Shown here in pieces: positions 9,701 through 19,323 of a stretch of DNA of 64,000 nucleotides (within the stretch, counting starts at the first letter, position 1; each line of letters opens with the position of its first letter). This stretch comes from a virus: the IMG/VR virus record IMGVR_UViG_3300012036_000004, positions 1 to 64,000 of that record. One strand, written 5' to 3'. The notes beneath the pieces were generated by a model. It was not told the DNA's origin, did no database searches, and worked only from the letters and a program-made list of their open reading frames with translations. A program made the position numbers and the translations under genes.

Positions 9701-10258
9701 TCAGAGTCCGAGTTGGCTTTTCAGACCTTGCAGGGGGCCGCCCATTCCGAGCGTCGCTTTCGCGTCTCGGATGCCGCCGCCCAGAATCGACGTCTGCTTC
9801 AACCCAAGACCTCCGCGAAGTTTATTCGCCGTGCTGTCCTCGGGGGTCATCCCGGCCGCGGCGGTGCCTGCTCCCGCGAGGCCGAGCCCCGCAGCGCCTG
9901 CCATCACCTTGTTCTGGTCGTCGATGACCTGCCAAGCTCGATCCGCGTTTCTCTGGACGCCGGGTAGCTGCGGCCCGTGCGCCAGGTCATCGAGGTACTG
10001 GGTCGCTTTGCCGCGCCCCGCTCTGCCTCGGCCGACGTTCTCCACGAAGCGTCCGATGCGCTTTCCAGCAGCGCCAATCGCGTCGCCGACGGCTTTTGCT
10101 TTGCTCGCGACCTTCTCGTACTCGAGAATGGCCTCAGCAATCTTGAGTGCGCCGGGGTCATTGTTTCGGACAGCAGACCGAACGAAGTCAGCCGGGTCGA
10201 TGTTGTGCTCCGCCATTTTCACGAGAGCACCGTATGCGAATGCGTGTTTCTGATTCAT
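9701..10258 (-). CDS. Putative head-internal protein, paralogue B
   Basis: First ~51 aa nearly identical to the 10255 ORF, ending EYEKVA. Confidence 0.7.
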   Translation of the reverse strand: MNQKHAFAYGALVKMAEHNIDPADFVRSAVRNNDPGALKIAEAILEYEKVASKAKAVGDAIGAAGKRIGRFVENVGRGRAGRGKATQYLDDLAHGPQLPGVQRNADRAWQVIDDQNKVMAGAAGLGLAGAGTAAAGMTPEDSTANKLRGGLGLKQTSILGGGIRDAKATLGMGGPLQGLKSQLGL

Positions 10259-10848
10259 TGGCCTACCAGTTCCTTGAGTTGTTCCAGGGTTGCATCGCCT
10301 TGGGTTCGCTGGTCCATGCCAACGGCACCGCGAAGCGTGTTGGCGAGAGAGTCTTCCGGCGTCGCCATGTAGTCAGCGCCCGCGGCCGCACCACCTGCGG
10401 CAGCCAGACCACCTGCGCCTAGCGCCATATTCTGGTCCCGCATGAGGCGCTTACTGGCAAGCAGCCCTTCGAGCTGGCCCTCGCTGAGGTTCTCGAGCTC
10501 ACCGAACGCGTCGATGGTGTCTTGCGCGATGCCGCGACCTTGTCGTCCGCCGGCAAGATTGCCTGCGAAATCACCGGCACGTCCTGCTGCACCGGCCATG
10601 CCGCTTCCGATGCCTGCGACAGCGTCACCGGGTGCGCGGGTGACCCGCTTCGCTGCAGCCGATGCCAGATCGCCAGCGGCTTCCATACGTCCACCAGCGA
10701 CCTTCTCGTACTCGAGAATAGCTTCGGCGATTTTCAGGGCGCCCGAGTCGTTGTTCCGAACTGCGGACCGAACGAAATCAGCAGGATCGACCTGGTGATC
10801 GGCCATCTTGACGAGGGCGCCATATGCGTATGCGTGAAGCGGATTCAT
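10255..10848 (-). CDS. Putative head-internal protein, paralogue A
   Basis: AGGAG RBS; shared N-terminal leader; ATGA coupling. Confidence 0.7.
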   Translation of the reverse strand: MNPLHAYAYGALVKMADHQVDPADFVRSAVRNNDSGALKIAEAILEYEKVAGGRMEAAGDLASAAAKRVTRAPGDAVAGIGSGMAGAAGRAGDFAGNLAGGRQGRGIAQDTIDAFGELENLSEGQLEGLLASKRLMRDQNMALGAGGLAAAGGAAAGADYMATPEDSLANTLRGAVGMDQRTQGDATLEQLKELVGQ

Positions 10849-10883
10849 GTGTTCTCCTACGGCGCCGAGGCGCGAAGTGTGTA

Positions 10884-13538
10884 TCAGGCTCGAATGTGAA
10901 GACCAATGCGGTTGAGCGGGTACGGGAACTCAGCGTCGAGGAAAATCTCGACGCGGTCCTTCGATCCGTCGAGCACCTCGATGCGATCGATGGTGGCGGA
11001 CAGGATGGGCGTACCGATGCGCGGGAACTTGCGCGTCAAGAGCTGCTCGGTGCCGCCGTTGATAGCTTCTCGAAGGACGTCGAGCACCTCGTCAATGACG
11101 TTGTACTTGCCCAGGAAGTCGTCGGCGATGTCCTTGTAGAATCGCGACACGAAGTCGAAGTTCTTGACGAAGGAGAACTCACCGGACTCGAGCGACGTGA
11201 CATCGGTCGTGAGCTGGTGCAGGCAATACGGAATCGAGGCCTGCGTGTCTTGCACGAAGAGGTAGTACCCCGAGTTCGACAGCTCCTCGAGCTGGTCTTC
11301 GGAGAAGTACCGCGACGAGTTGTGGACCTCCGAGATTCCGGCGATGCCGATGTTCGTGAAGCCCTGGTGCGGAGGCAGTCCGGCGGACATACCGCCGACT
11401 GCGCAAGAGAGGTAGTACCCGGGCTGCCGACTCTGAACACCTGTCTGGTTGTTCTGCACCCCGGCAATCGTACACCGGTCAGGGAAAACAATCGTCAGAC
11501 GCTTGTTGTCAAAGCTCGATGGAATCGCCACGAGCTCTGCAACCTGGTCGAACTTGCTCAGGTTCCGGATCACTCGGTAACCGAGATCACCAATTTGAGC
11601 GACGGTGGTATCGACAATCGGAATGTCTGTTCCAGGCACGAGCAAAACACGGTTCTCGGAAAGAACAGTGTTCACGACTGCGGTGTACACTGAGTCGAAG
11701 TCTGCGTTGCCGGGCGCTGTGTCTGCGGGCGGCAAGGGCACCTCGAGGATATCCCCTGAGATGACGCCGTCCGACAGGAACGTTGCGCTAACGTCGAGTA
11801 CCTGGCGGAACGCCTGTCGAGACACGACCGTCGCGGGCGCGTTGACGGGCACCGCCGGAATCGTATTGTCAGTCGTCGACACGACGGGGTTGAGGATGGT
11901 CGCGTTACGTATGGTGGTGTCTGACCACGTACCGGCGTTCGCGGCAACAGTCCAGGACGTGCCGACAGAGACTGCCGTGATAAGGAAATCTTTGTTTCCT
12001 GCGCCGACGGGCGAGTCATCTCCGCCGTCGAGGCGAATGACTTTACCGACATCGGTGGCGACGGCCTCTACGCTGAGAATCTCGTCGGAGCCAGATGGCG
12101 TGACAGGCAGATTGATGCCGCGATCGACTTCGCCGGTGCCGCGCAAGATGTAGTACTGCTCAGCGCCTGCGCCTGCAGAGACTGCGAGGTCCGCATCAAC
12201 GCGGATACCGTCTCCGACAGGGAGGACTTCTTCGATTTCGTAGCCGCCTTCCCGACCTGAGCCGTCGTCGACCAGGTAGAACGTGTCGCCACTTCGCACG
12301 CCCGCGTCCGAGAAGGACTCAGGGTGGTCTGAGACCACGATATCGACGTCGTCGCCGGAGACCTCTTCCGTGGTGCCGACTGTCGAGGCTTCGGAGAGCA
12401 CGCGGGTGGTCGGAAGCGTATCAGCGGAGCCGATGACACAGCGGAAGTTTGATTTCTCGGGCGTCGCCAGACCGACTACGTTGGCCAGGTACGCCGAAAG
12501 GACGGCGGTGTCTGACGTCAACGGCACGATCGCAAAGAGATCTTTTCGCGCCTCGAGCTCTGGAAGTACGTCGGTGTATCCGGTGAGACGATCGACAGCG
12601 CCGTTGATGCTGTCGGACTGAATTCCGATGTATCGAATCGGCGTGTTGGTGTTTTGGAGCGCGACGAACAGACCGACGGCGAGCGGGTTTCGCTCGTCGA
12701 TGGCGCCGACGGCGGCTTCGATGTCGTCTGTGCTGTCGATCTCGTTGATCAACGCGAGGTCCTGCCGAAGGGAGCAATACGCGATGAGAATCTCAGCGTA
12801 GTTGACCTGGAGTGCCTGGTCGATACCGTCTTCGGACACGTCGTAAAGGTACGTCAGACCGCCCTTGATGGTGATCTCGTTCTCGTCCACTTCGACGAAA
12901 GCGTCACTCATCTCCGCGGAGTCGAGTACTCGCTCGACTCGGAAGCTTCGCTCGTCGAACTGCCCGCCTGTGTAGTCGTCGCCGTTGATGTCCACACCGG
13001 AAGTGGTGTAGTTCGTCGTCATGCGAAGCTGATCTGTGGACAACGAAGACCCGTCATACCCGCCGACCTCTTGGATGATGAACGCGACGGTCTCGTTGTT
13101 CGTAGTGACGAACCGATCGCCGGGACGCACGCCCAACTCCTCGAAGTTGTCGCCACTTGTGGAAGTGAAAAGGTTCTCGTCGGGAGCAGTGGGAGTGAAA
13201 TCGCCGGTACCCTCCACGATCTGAAGGTGGACGTTTTCCATCCACACCGACAGAGAGTTTTCTACCAGCTCTGCGCCCACGGCGTTGTCCGGCGGGTCTG
13301 ACACAATGATCGCGTCGGAGCCGGGAACAGGAATACCTGCCGCGCCTCCGCCGGCCACGTCGTTCTCCGCAGTCAGCGAACCGTAGTTACCGGCGCCGAT
13401 GTTGTCGGAGTCTTCCGGGTAGTCCCTGCAATGATATGCGGGACCTACAATGATCGTGTTGAGACTGGGAACCGCCGCCGGAATACTGACCGACTCGAAT
13501 TCCTGGAACACAAGGACAAGGGGGCGCAAAGCTGCCAT
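10884..13538 (-). CDS. Contractile tail sheath protein
   Basis: N-terminal RPLVLVFQEF; C-terminal HQLTT..E.S.VKN.DFV...F.GKYN...PYPLNRI typical of sheaths; large central insertion domains; start at MAALRP. Confidence 0.85.
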   Translation of the reverse strand: MAALRPLVLVFQEFESVSIPAAVPSLNTIIVGPAYHCRDYPEDSDNIGAGNYGSLTAENDVAGGGAAGIPVPGSDAIIVSDPPDNAVGAELVENSLSVWMENVHLQIVEGTGDFTPTAPDENLFTSTSGDNFEELGVRPGDRFVTTNNETVAFIIQEVGGYDGSSLSTDQLRMTTNYTTSGVDINGDDYTGGQFDERSFRVERVLDSAEMSDAFVEVDENEITIKGGLTYLYDVSEDGIDQALQVNYAEILIAYCSLRQDLALINEIDSTDDIEAAVGAIDERNPLAVGLFVALQNTNTPIRYIGIQSDSINGAVDRLTGYTDVLPELEARKDLFAIVPLTSDTAVLSAYLANVVGLATPEKSNFRCVIGSADTLPTTRVLSEASTVGTTEEVSGDDVDIVVSDHPESFSDAGVRSGDTFYLVDDGSGREGGYEIEEVLPVGDGIRVDADLAVSAGAGAEQYYILRGTGEVDRGINLPVTPSGSDEILSVEAVATDVGKVIRLDGGDDSPVGAGNKDFLITAVSVGTSWTVAANAGTWSDTTIRNATILNPVVSTTDNTIPAVPVNAPATVVSRQAFRQVLDVSATFLSDGVISGDILEVPLPPADTAPGNADFDSVYTAVVNTVLSENRVLLVPGTDIPIVDTTVAQIGDLGYRVIRNLSKFDQVAELVAIPSSFDNKRLTIVFPDRCTIAGVQNNQTGVQSRQPGYYLSCAVGGMSAGLPPHQGFTNIGIAGISEVHNSSRYFSEDQLEELSNSGYYLFVQDTQASIPYCLHQLTTDVTSLESGEFSFVKNFDFVSRFYKDIADDFLGKYNVIDEVLDVLREAINGGTEQLLTRKFPRIGTPILSATIDRIEVLDGSKDRVEIFLDAEFPYPLNRIGLHIRA

Positions 13539-13608
13539 GAGGCTCTCCCAGGTGGGCGTTAAAACGTGCCGCATAACGGCGCATGTCTTTTACGTGCGCA
13601 ATCATGCG

Positions 13609-14295
13609 TTAGTTTTCTTGGTTCTTCAAGGCAAAGGTTTGGACGTAATTAGCGGCATCGACCACTGACTTTGTGAAGAAATCTACTCGATCTAGTATGG
13701 GTGCTGAAGGGATAACTTTCCAGCGCTGTTCGAAGTACACCCTGAATTCTACGACACACATGAACTTGTCACTGTCGCGAATGTACGGCTGTACGGGACT
13801 TAGGACTGTTTGGCTGACGTTTCGAAGAGTCATCGCTTGCATGATGGATTTTCTCGACATCGTGATCGATGCCTGCACGATGTCGCCGATAATCGATGCT
13901 TCAGCTTTCGTCTGTCCGATGCATTGCATCCGAACATCCATTTCTCCGAATCCGATTTTCTGCTCCCAACCCCGCGTGAGTTTGTCCGGACTGACGGGCG
14001 CGTCATCTCCGACGACAGGTCGCGGATGCACCACGGAACCCCGGCCGACAATGATCGCGGGGGACGCGCCTTCGTAGTCCTTCTCCAACGCAAACTCGGC
14101 GTCAATGAAGACCGTCGCCGCTGCATCCGGGTCGTCGCCATCGCCCCAAACTTTGTTCGGGTCTTCTCTCCACTGCCAGGGAAGGGTGCCCTGTGAGAAT
14201 CGGATTTGCAGGAATCGCGTGAACATCGCCAGCTTGTTGAGCGGCGAATGGAGGAAGATGAGCTTCGATTCGGGTACGTCGAGAAGGTCACTCAT
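13609..14295 (-). CDS. Tail completion/terminator-like protein
   Basis: Position between neck and sheath; PAIIVGRG motif. Confidence 0.55.
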   Translation of the reverse strand: MSDLLDVPESKLIFLHSPLNKLAMFTRFLQIRFSQGTLPWQWREDPNKVWGDGDDPDAAATVFIDAEFALEKDYEGASPAIIVGRGSVVHPRPVVGDDAPVSPDKLTRGWEQKIGFGEMDVRMQCIGQTKAEASIIGDIVQASITMSRKSIMQAMTLRNVSQTVLSPVQPYIRDSDKFMCVVEFRVYFEQRWKVIPSAPILDRVDFFTKSVVDAANYVQTFALKNQEN

Positions 14296-15214
14296 ACAAA
14301 GGACTCTGCAGGTCAGCGGGTACCTCCACTCTATACTCTACCGAGGTCCGCGCAAGCTCGATGACCTGGCAGTGCTGAGTGACGCGTCGTCGACGCAGCT
14401 TTCGGTCGCTTGTTCCGTCGACAAGCCAACGCCGGTTGTTGTCGAGCTCTACAAGCACATCGTTTTCTTCAAGCCGCGGATAGTCGACGAACTCGGCACG
14501 TGCTCGCGTCATCTTGGTGTTTCCTTCCTGCTCAATCTGGGATTGCGTATCTCCCTCCGTGATGCGCATCAATGTTCCCACTGCCGGGAAGTAGCCGTTC
14601 TCCCAACCAGTGCCGTAACAAGACATACAGTTGGAGACGAGCGATTTTTTTAGAACTGGGTCGTAGCAAGCCAGGCAGCGAACGCCGAAGTGCCGTCGCT
14701 TGAGCACCGCGATGCGAACTCCGGTGAACATCTCGAGCGCTACATGCGCGTAACGCTGCACCGCTCGGTGCGCGAGCTGGAGGCGCCGCTGAATACGTGG
14801 GTTGTCATGGAAGACAGTCTCGGGAGTCGGTCGAGTTTCATCGCTATCTACTGTCAGTCCGTGGGCGGCTTCGTTAAGCACCTGCCCGATGGTCGACCCC
14901 TCGTTGTCGACAGCGTTGCTGATGTAGACATCGTTGGCAGCCGTTGTCGCGACGACGCGGTACCAGATCTCGCGCTCGATGGAGAGCTGATTGATGCCGC
15001 CCTCATTGTTCTCGAAGAGCGTGTCCTCGTACATCACAGAAGATACGCCAGACGCAATCGTCTCCCACGCGCCGCCGCCCTGCTTCGGGGAGCCCGACCT
15101 CTGGACGTCGAACGTCAAGCCGGCGAGCTCTGCGGAGGTGGCGCCTTCGACGCTCCACTGGATGAGAACATGCCGAGGATAGTGCGGCAGCACATGGTCA
15201 ACGATGACTTCCAT
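14288..15214 (-). CDS. Neck/head-closure protein with Zn finger
   Basis: RCLACYD...CMSCYGTGW; C-terminal P.L..NDVLVE..N.RWLV beta-barrel pattern; N-terminal FN3-like domain. Confidence 0.65.
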   Translation of the reverse strand: MEVIVDHVLPHYPRHVLIQWSVEGATSAELAGLTFDVQRSGSPKQGGGAWETIASGVSSVMYEDTLFENNEGGINQLSIEREIWYRVVATTAANDVYISNAVDNEGSTIGQVLNEAAHGLTVDSDETRPTPETVFHDNPRIQRRLQLAHRAVQRYAHVALEMFTGVRIAVLKRRHFGVRCLACYDPVLKKSLVSNCMSCYGTGWENGYFPAVGTLMRITEGDTQSQIEQEGNTKMTRARAEFVDYPRLEENDVLVELDNNRRWLVDGTSDRKLRRRRVTQHCQVIELARTSVEYRVEVPADLQSPLYE

Positions 15215-16206
15215 CAGGGTGACGGCCCCGGGTTCCCTTGGGCGTCGGCGCTGGGCATGTCTGTTACTTCGAACGAATCATGCTCAGCCCAGGCTCGAGA
15301 CGTGGGTTCGTCTCCCTGGCCAGAATCCCGAGAGTCGTTGTCGACGTCGGGCCACTGCGGAAGGCCTCGAGCTTCTTCATCTTCGACCCACTCGCGGTTG
15401 GGCGGAAGCACGGAACCGATCTTGTTGTGCTCGGACCACTGAAACACGGTGCCGTTGTGTGCCTCTTCGCCGCTGGGGGCGTAATGCTCTACCGCGTCGA
15501 ATCTTTCACTGACGGCGCGTTCTTGCTGGCTGTCGGTGAGCTCCGCGCGCGAGCCGCCCGCGTCGGGATACTCATCTTCCCCCTCCACGACGTTCTCTGA
15601 TTGCACGGCAGACTTGATGCGGTCTGCGTATAGCTTGGCCAGGCGCGACAAATCAGCGTAGCTCTGCACCGCAGTCGACGCGTATTTCTGCTCCTGAGGC
15701 CGGCGCTGAAGCGTTGGGTTTTCCCCGGATACAGAAGGCGTGTCGCTCCCCGGTGCGAAGGTCTCATGAGACTTCCAGGCGATATCCAGGCCTGTTTGAA
15801 TGTCCCGATCTCGGATGTCGGAATAGTCTCGCCCCTCCGGATTCCCGTCTTTGACTTCGTAACGTTCGAAGTCACCGTCGTCGGCTTCCATGGAAATCAT
15901 GCGCGACACCTTGGAGAGAAATGATATGGCTCGCTTTGCGTTGTACATACCACTCCTTGCTTCACCGATGTTGGGTGCAGGCTCTCGTTCTCCGCGAGCG
16001 ACCTGCTCTCGGTAGGTCTTCCGGTCCGGCAAGATAAAGACGCGCTCCGCGGCGGTTTCTTCGAATCCAGGAATCAACTGCGTACCATACAGCCGGTCAC
16101 CCCGATCTCGGAGCGCCGATTCAGACACACCGCGCCAGGCAGTGGAGGCCACCTGGTCGGGTATTGAGCCGGTAGCCGCAAGTTTACGCAGTAAACTCGA
16201 CATCAA
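15214..16206 (-). CDS. Hypothetical protein (likely virion)
   Basis: Coupled within operon; RKLA and QKYA motifs; acidic C-terminus. Confidence 0.65.
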   Translation of the reverse strand: MMSSLLRKLAATGSIPDQVASTAWRGVSESALRDRGDRLYGTQLIPGFEETAAERVFILPDRKTYREQVARGEREPAPNIGEARSGMYNAKRAISFLSKVSRMISMEADDGDFERYEVKDGNPEGRDYSDIRDRDIQTGLDIAWKSHETFAPGSDTPSVSGENPTLQRRPQEQKYASTAVQSYADLSRLAKLYADRIKSAVQSENVVEGEDEYPDAGGSRAELTDSQQERAVSERFDAVEHYAPSGEEAHNGTVFQWSEHNKIGSVLPPNREWVEDEEARGLPQWPDVDNDSRDSGQGDEPTSRAWAEHDSFEVTDMPSADAQGNPGPSP

Positions 16207-16526
16207 TCATCGTCCTCGTCTTCGTCCTCGCCGCCGTAGAAGGTGTCCTGACCGTAGTCGTCGTCCTCTTCGTCTTCGACATCGTCCTCGTCTTTCTCTT
16301 TCTCGGGACCACTGGCGTTGCACATCTCAGTATAGGCCTCGGCCAGGTCCTGGGTGTCCTTCTCGAGCGCCGTCTTGAACAGCTCTTTTCGAGCGTCGAG
16401 CGTCGCGTCGTCGAGCCAGGCTGCGACCTTGTAGCCGTCCTGGGACTGAGGGACGTAGAAGTCGCTGCTGGTCAGCAGACTCCCCTGCATGTCGACAGGC
16501 GGTTGCATGGTGTACAGGCGTTTCAT
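16203..16526 (-). CDS. Acidic hypothetical protein
   Basis: ATGA coupling; YKVA and FKTA motifs. Confidence 0.7.
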   Translation of the reverse strand: MKRLYTMQPPVDMQGSLLTSSDFYVPQSQDGYKVAAWLDDATLDARKELFKTALEKDTQDLAEAYTEMCNASGPEKEKDEDDVEDEEDDDYGQDTFYGGEDEDEDDD

Positions 16527-16987
16527 GGATTCTCCGGGGTCGGGGTCGGTGTGCGAAGGCCCCCTGCCTCAAGGGCTGCGTCGATGCCACGCGACACTGT
16601 GTCTTTGGCGAGGTTTCGTGGCGACAGCTTGCGTGCATGCCCCAGCGCCTCAGAACCGCCTTGCAGAGCTTCACGCAATCGCTGCGCACGCTCGTCTTGC
16701 GCCATCTCCTCAGGTGGTGCAGGCGGCGAAGCTTCCTCGGGCATCTGACTGGACTCCAACGCCGTCAGCATCGCGATGTCCTCAGAAGTCAACTCTGTAG
16801 GCATGTCAACCCGCGGCGAGGCGGGAGGCGGCATCGAGAGCAGCGCCTCTACGGGAAGCGTTGACTCGCCCGGGACTTGGAGTACGTCCTCTTCGGGCGG
16901 CGCTTGCGCAGACGGCTCTTTTTCGGGGCGGTCCTGCTCAGACGGCTCGCTGTTCTTCTTCGAATTGTCTTTGGATTCTTCAGCCAC
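16523..16987 (-). CDS. Pro/Glu-rich hypothetical protein
   Basis: GGAGG RBS before GTG 16987. Confidence 0.6.
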   Translation of the reverse strand: MAEESKDNSKKNSEPSEQDRPEKEPSAQAPPEEDVLQVPGESTLPVEALLSMPPPASPRVDMPTELTSEDIAMLTALESSQMPEEASPPAPPEEMAQDERAQRLREALQGGSEALGHARKLSPRNLAKDTVSRGIDAALEAGGLRTPTPTPENP

Positions 16988-17510
16988 CGACCAACCTCCC
17001 GCCTGCACCGACTGTGTTCGCGAACATCGCAAGCACCCGAAGGTCTTGCCCGGACGCCGCGTTTGTGATGACTCGAATTCGCTGTCCGGGTAGAAGCTCG
17101 CGGTTCACCGCGACGTAGGCGGGTCCGTTACCAAGGTCCGTAGAGCTTGCCACGGGCATGTCCCACTGCGGAGCATGGACGTCCTCTTCCGAAGGTGTTC
17201 CGAGTTCGGGGTCCCCGCTGGTGACGTAGACGTCCCAGGTCAGCGAACCATCTCCTTGAATCTGTACACCAACGCAGTACGGATGGATCTTCGAGTTCAC
17301 GAAGGGGCCTGGGTCAAACAAACCCATCTGTCCGTCCGCCGGCTGCGTGTACACAACGACTTTCCGGACGTCGTCAAACGCGAAAGGCGGGTCGGGATCG
17401 TCTGGCACCACAGGGGCCTGTCCGAGCATGGCCTGGCCATCGGCCACGCTGTGCTGAATGCCGAGTGCGCAGTCCTGAATCTTTACCGATGTACCTGAAA
17501 TGAGTGCCAT
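16980..17510 (-). CDS. Hypothetical virion protein
   Basis: Operon position; beta-rich. Confidence 0.65.
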   Translation of the reverse strand: MALISGTSVKIQDCALGIQHSVADGQAMLGQAPVVPDDPDPPFAFDDVRKVVVYTQPADGQMGLFDPGPFVNSKIHPYCVGVQIQGDGSLTWDVYVTSGDPELGTPSEEDVHAPQWDMPVASSTDLGNGPAYVAVNRELLPGQRIRVITNAASGQDLRVLAMFANTVGAGGRLVGG

Positions 17511-17517
17511 TTATATC

Positions 17518-17997
17518 TCACGAGTGAAAGCGGGAAACGTTTGCGTAGCCGCTGCTCACCGACCCGAACCCGGAGGCGATGTTGTCGGCGTATTTACGTT
17601 CCTGCGTCTCACGTTTGAATTCGCTACGCAGGTCCTGCATCTGGTTGTAGTAGAGCTGGTACTTATCGTCGAGCCCAACCACGCCGAGCCCGTCTGTCTG
17701 AACCGAGATCTGATTCCGAACCTGGAGGAACGACTCGGCTTGCATCAGCCACCTGCACGTCCCCAAGAATAGCAGGTGCTCCGGTATCAAGCGCCATGTA
17801 GTGGAGGTGACGGGCGGCGTCGAATTCCACTGACTCACGGTGAGGTCGATGGCTCGAGATATTTCTTCGTCCTCGAACTGGACCTTCTTCAGCAGGTGGT
17901 TGTTGACGCCGTAGTCGCGCATCATCATCCGAACACACTCGATGAACTCCTGCAGCTCCTCTTCGGTGATGTCGGCTGCTGCCCCTGTGATGGCCAT
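17518..17997 (-). CDS. Head-tail adaptor/neck protein (putative)
   Basis: AGGAG RBS; VRMMMRD..N.L...F.DEEI helical adaptor pattern; lies downstream of capsid genes. Confidence 0.6.
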   Translation of the reverse strand: MAITGAAADITEEELQEFIECVRMMMRDYGVNNHLLKKVQFEDEEISRAIDLTVSQWNSTPPVTSTTWRLIPEHLLFLGTCRWLMQAESFLQVRNQISVQTDGLGVVGLDDKYQLYYNQMQDLRSEFKRETQERKYADNIASGFGSVSSGYANVSRFHS

Positions 17998-18005
17998 GAC
18001 GTCTC

Positions 18006-18605
18006 CTACGGCACGATGACTTCAATGCTGGTGGGCCCGATGGCGCCCTCTTTATGGAAGACAATGACGTACGTGTCTCCGGGGTTGACCGGTATGGGGT
18101 CCAGCCAGAGTCCGGATGCATCGGTAGTTGTCAGACCGATCGGGTTCCCTACTACATTAGCGTCGTAGTCGGCCTTTGTGAAGATGCGGACCGTCGCGCC
18201 TTCGACCGGGTCACCGTTCTCAGCGATGAGTTTGTAGTTGTCGACGCCGGTGTACTGGTCGTGAAGGTGGATCTGGTCTTCGAGAAGCGACACCAGAGGC
18301 ATGTCGTTTACGAGGTAAACCTGCGCCACCTGTTCTGTGAAAAGCTCATCGGTCTGCCCGTCACGAGGCAAGATGGTGTACGCGCCGTCGTCTTCACCGA
18401 CCAACACCAGACTCAGTGCCCATACACCCGGTTGGTTGCTATCTTCGACGAGCTCGATTTGTCCGTCCACCAGAGCACCGAACGTTTTGAACGTAGCGTC
18501 GTCGGTGTCGTAGTACAGCCCGTCTACGTCGCGTCGAAAATAGACGTAGTAGTTGTTCGTGACGTCGACGTCGGACCCGGGGGCGTATAGCTCGTACTCG
18601 ACCAC
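18006..18605 (-). CDS. Virion protein with prealbumin-like (carboxypeptidase regulatory-like) fold
   Basis: GDPVEGATVRIF...TTTDASGLW...PGDTY motif. Confidence 0.6.
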   Translation of the reverse strand: MVEYELYAPGSDVDVTNNYYVYFRRDVDGLYYDTDDATFKTFGALVDGQIELVEDSNQPGVWALSLVLVGEDDGAYTILPRDGQTDELFTEQVAQVYLVNDMPLVSLLEDQIHLHDQYTGVDNYKLIAENGDPVEGATVRIFTKADYDANVVGNPIGLTTTDASGLWLDPIPVNPGDTYVIVFHKEGAIGPTSIEVIVP

Positions 18606-18614
18606 TGTGACTCC

Positions 18615-18650
18615 AAAAAGAAACGCGACCCCAGAGTATAGGATCGCGTT
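18615..18650 (-). terminator. Intrinsic terminator
   Basis: AACGCGATCC..GGGTCGCGTT followed by TCTTTTT on minus strand. Confidence 0.55.
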
Positions 18651-18673
18651 AGGGAGGACCAGAGAAAGCGGGC

Positions 18674-19258
18674 TTAGCTGCTGAGGTGCTCTTCGTACAG
18701 CGAGGTCCGCTTTTCCTGGTTGCTGAAGTCGCCTTCGATGCCCAGGTCGGTGAGATAATCTCGCTGTTCATCAGCACGAAGCTCCTGGAAGTCATCGGAC
18801 GAGAGGAGGGCCGATTCTTCTGATTCTTCCTCGGACTCTTCTTCCTCGGACTCTTCTTCCTCGGACTCTTCTTCCTCGGCCTCTTCTTCCTCGGACTCTT
18901 CTTCCTCGGACTCTTCTTCCGGCTCGGACTCTTCCGGCTCGGACTCTTCTTCCTCGGACTCTTCTTCCGGCTCGGACTCTTCCGGCTCGGCCTCCTCTAC
19001 GGCCTCGACCGGCGTCTCTTCAACGCGGGTCTCGCGCAGCGGCTTTTTGATGGCGCCCTTCGAGAGGAACAGGCGGTATTGCTCCGCAGTCAGCACACGA
19101 ACTTTGCCTGTGCGCTTGAGGGCCTCGACTTCGCGATGCGTCTGCGCGTCGCGAGGCAGGGGCTTGACGTAGCCACGACGGCCAGCCGGGTTCAACTGAA
19201 GCGAGCCATCAAATAGGCTGATGCGGGCTCCAGTGAGGTTGACGATGTAGTGCTTCAT
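18674..19258 (-). CDS. Protein with acidic repeat linker and C-terminal HeH/Rho-N-like helical domain
   Basis: Follows the capsid gene; EEEES/EPEES repeats; short C-terminal helix-extension-helix. Confidence 0.65.
   Translation of the reverse strand: MKHYIVNLTGARISLFDGSLQLNPAGRRGYVKPLPRDAQTHREVEALKRTGKVRVLTAEQYRLFLSKGAIKKPLRETRVEETPVEAVEEAEPEESEPEEESEEEESEPEESEPEEESEEEESEEEEAEEEESEEEESEEEESEEESEESALLSSDDFQELRADEQRDYLTDLGIEGDFSNQEKRTSLYEEHLSS
18830..18990. repeat. 15-nt coding tandem repeat (TCGGACTCTTCTTCC variants)
   Basis: About 10 degenerate units encoding EEEES/EPEES. Confidence 0.9.
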
Positions 19259-19275
19259 AGCGCTCCTCGAAGGTC

Positions 19276-19302
19276 AAAAATAAGCGGGGCCGAAGCCCCG
19301 CT
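19276..19302 (-). terminator. Intrinsic terminator after major capsid gene
   Basis: AGCGGGGC-TTCG-GCCCCGCT then TATTTTT. Confidence 0.85.
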
Positions 19303-19323
19303 GTGCGTGCCTTCCGGCCTCGA

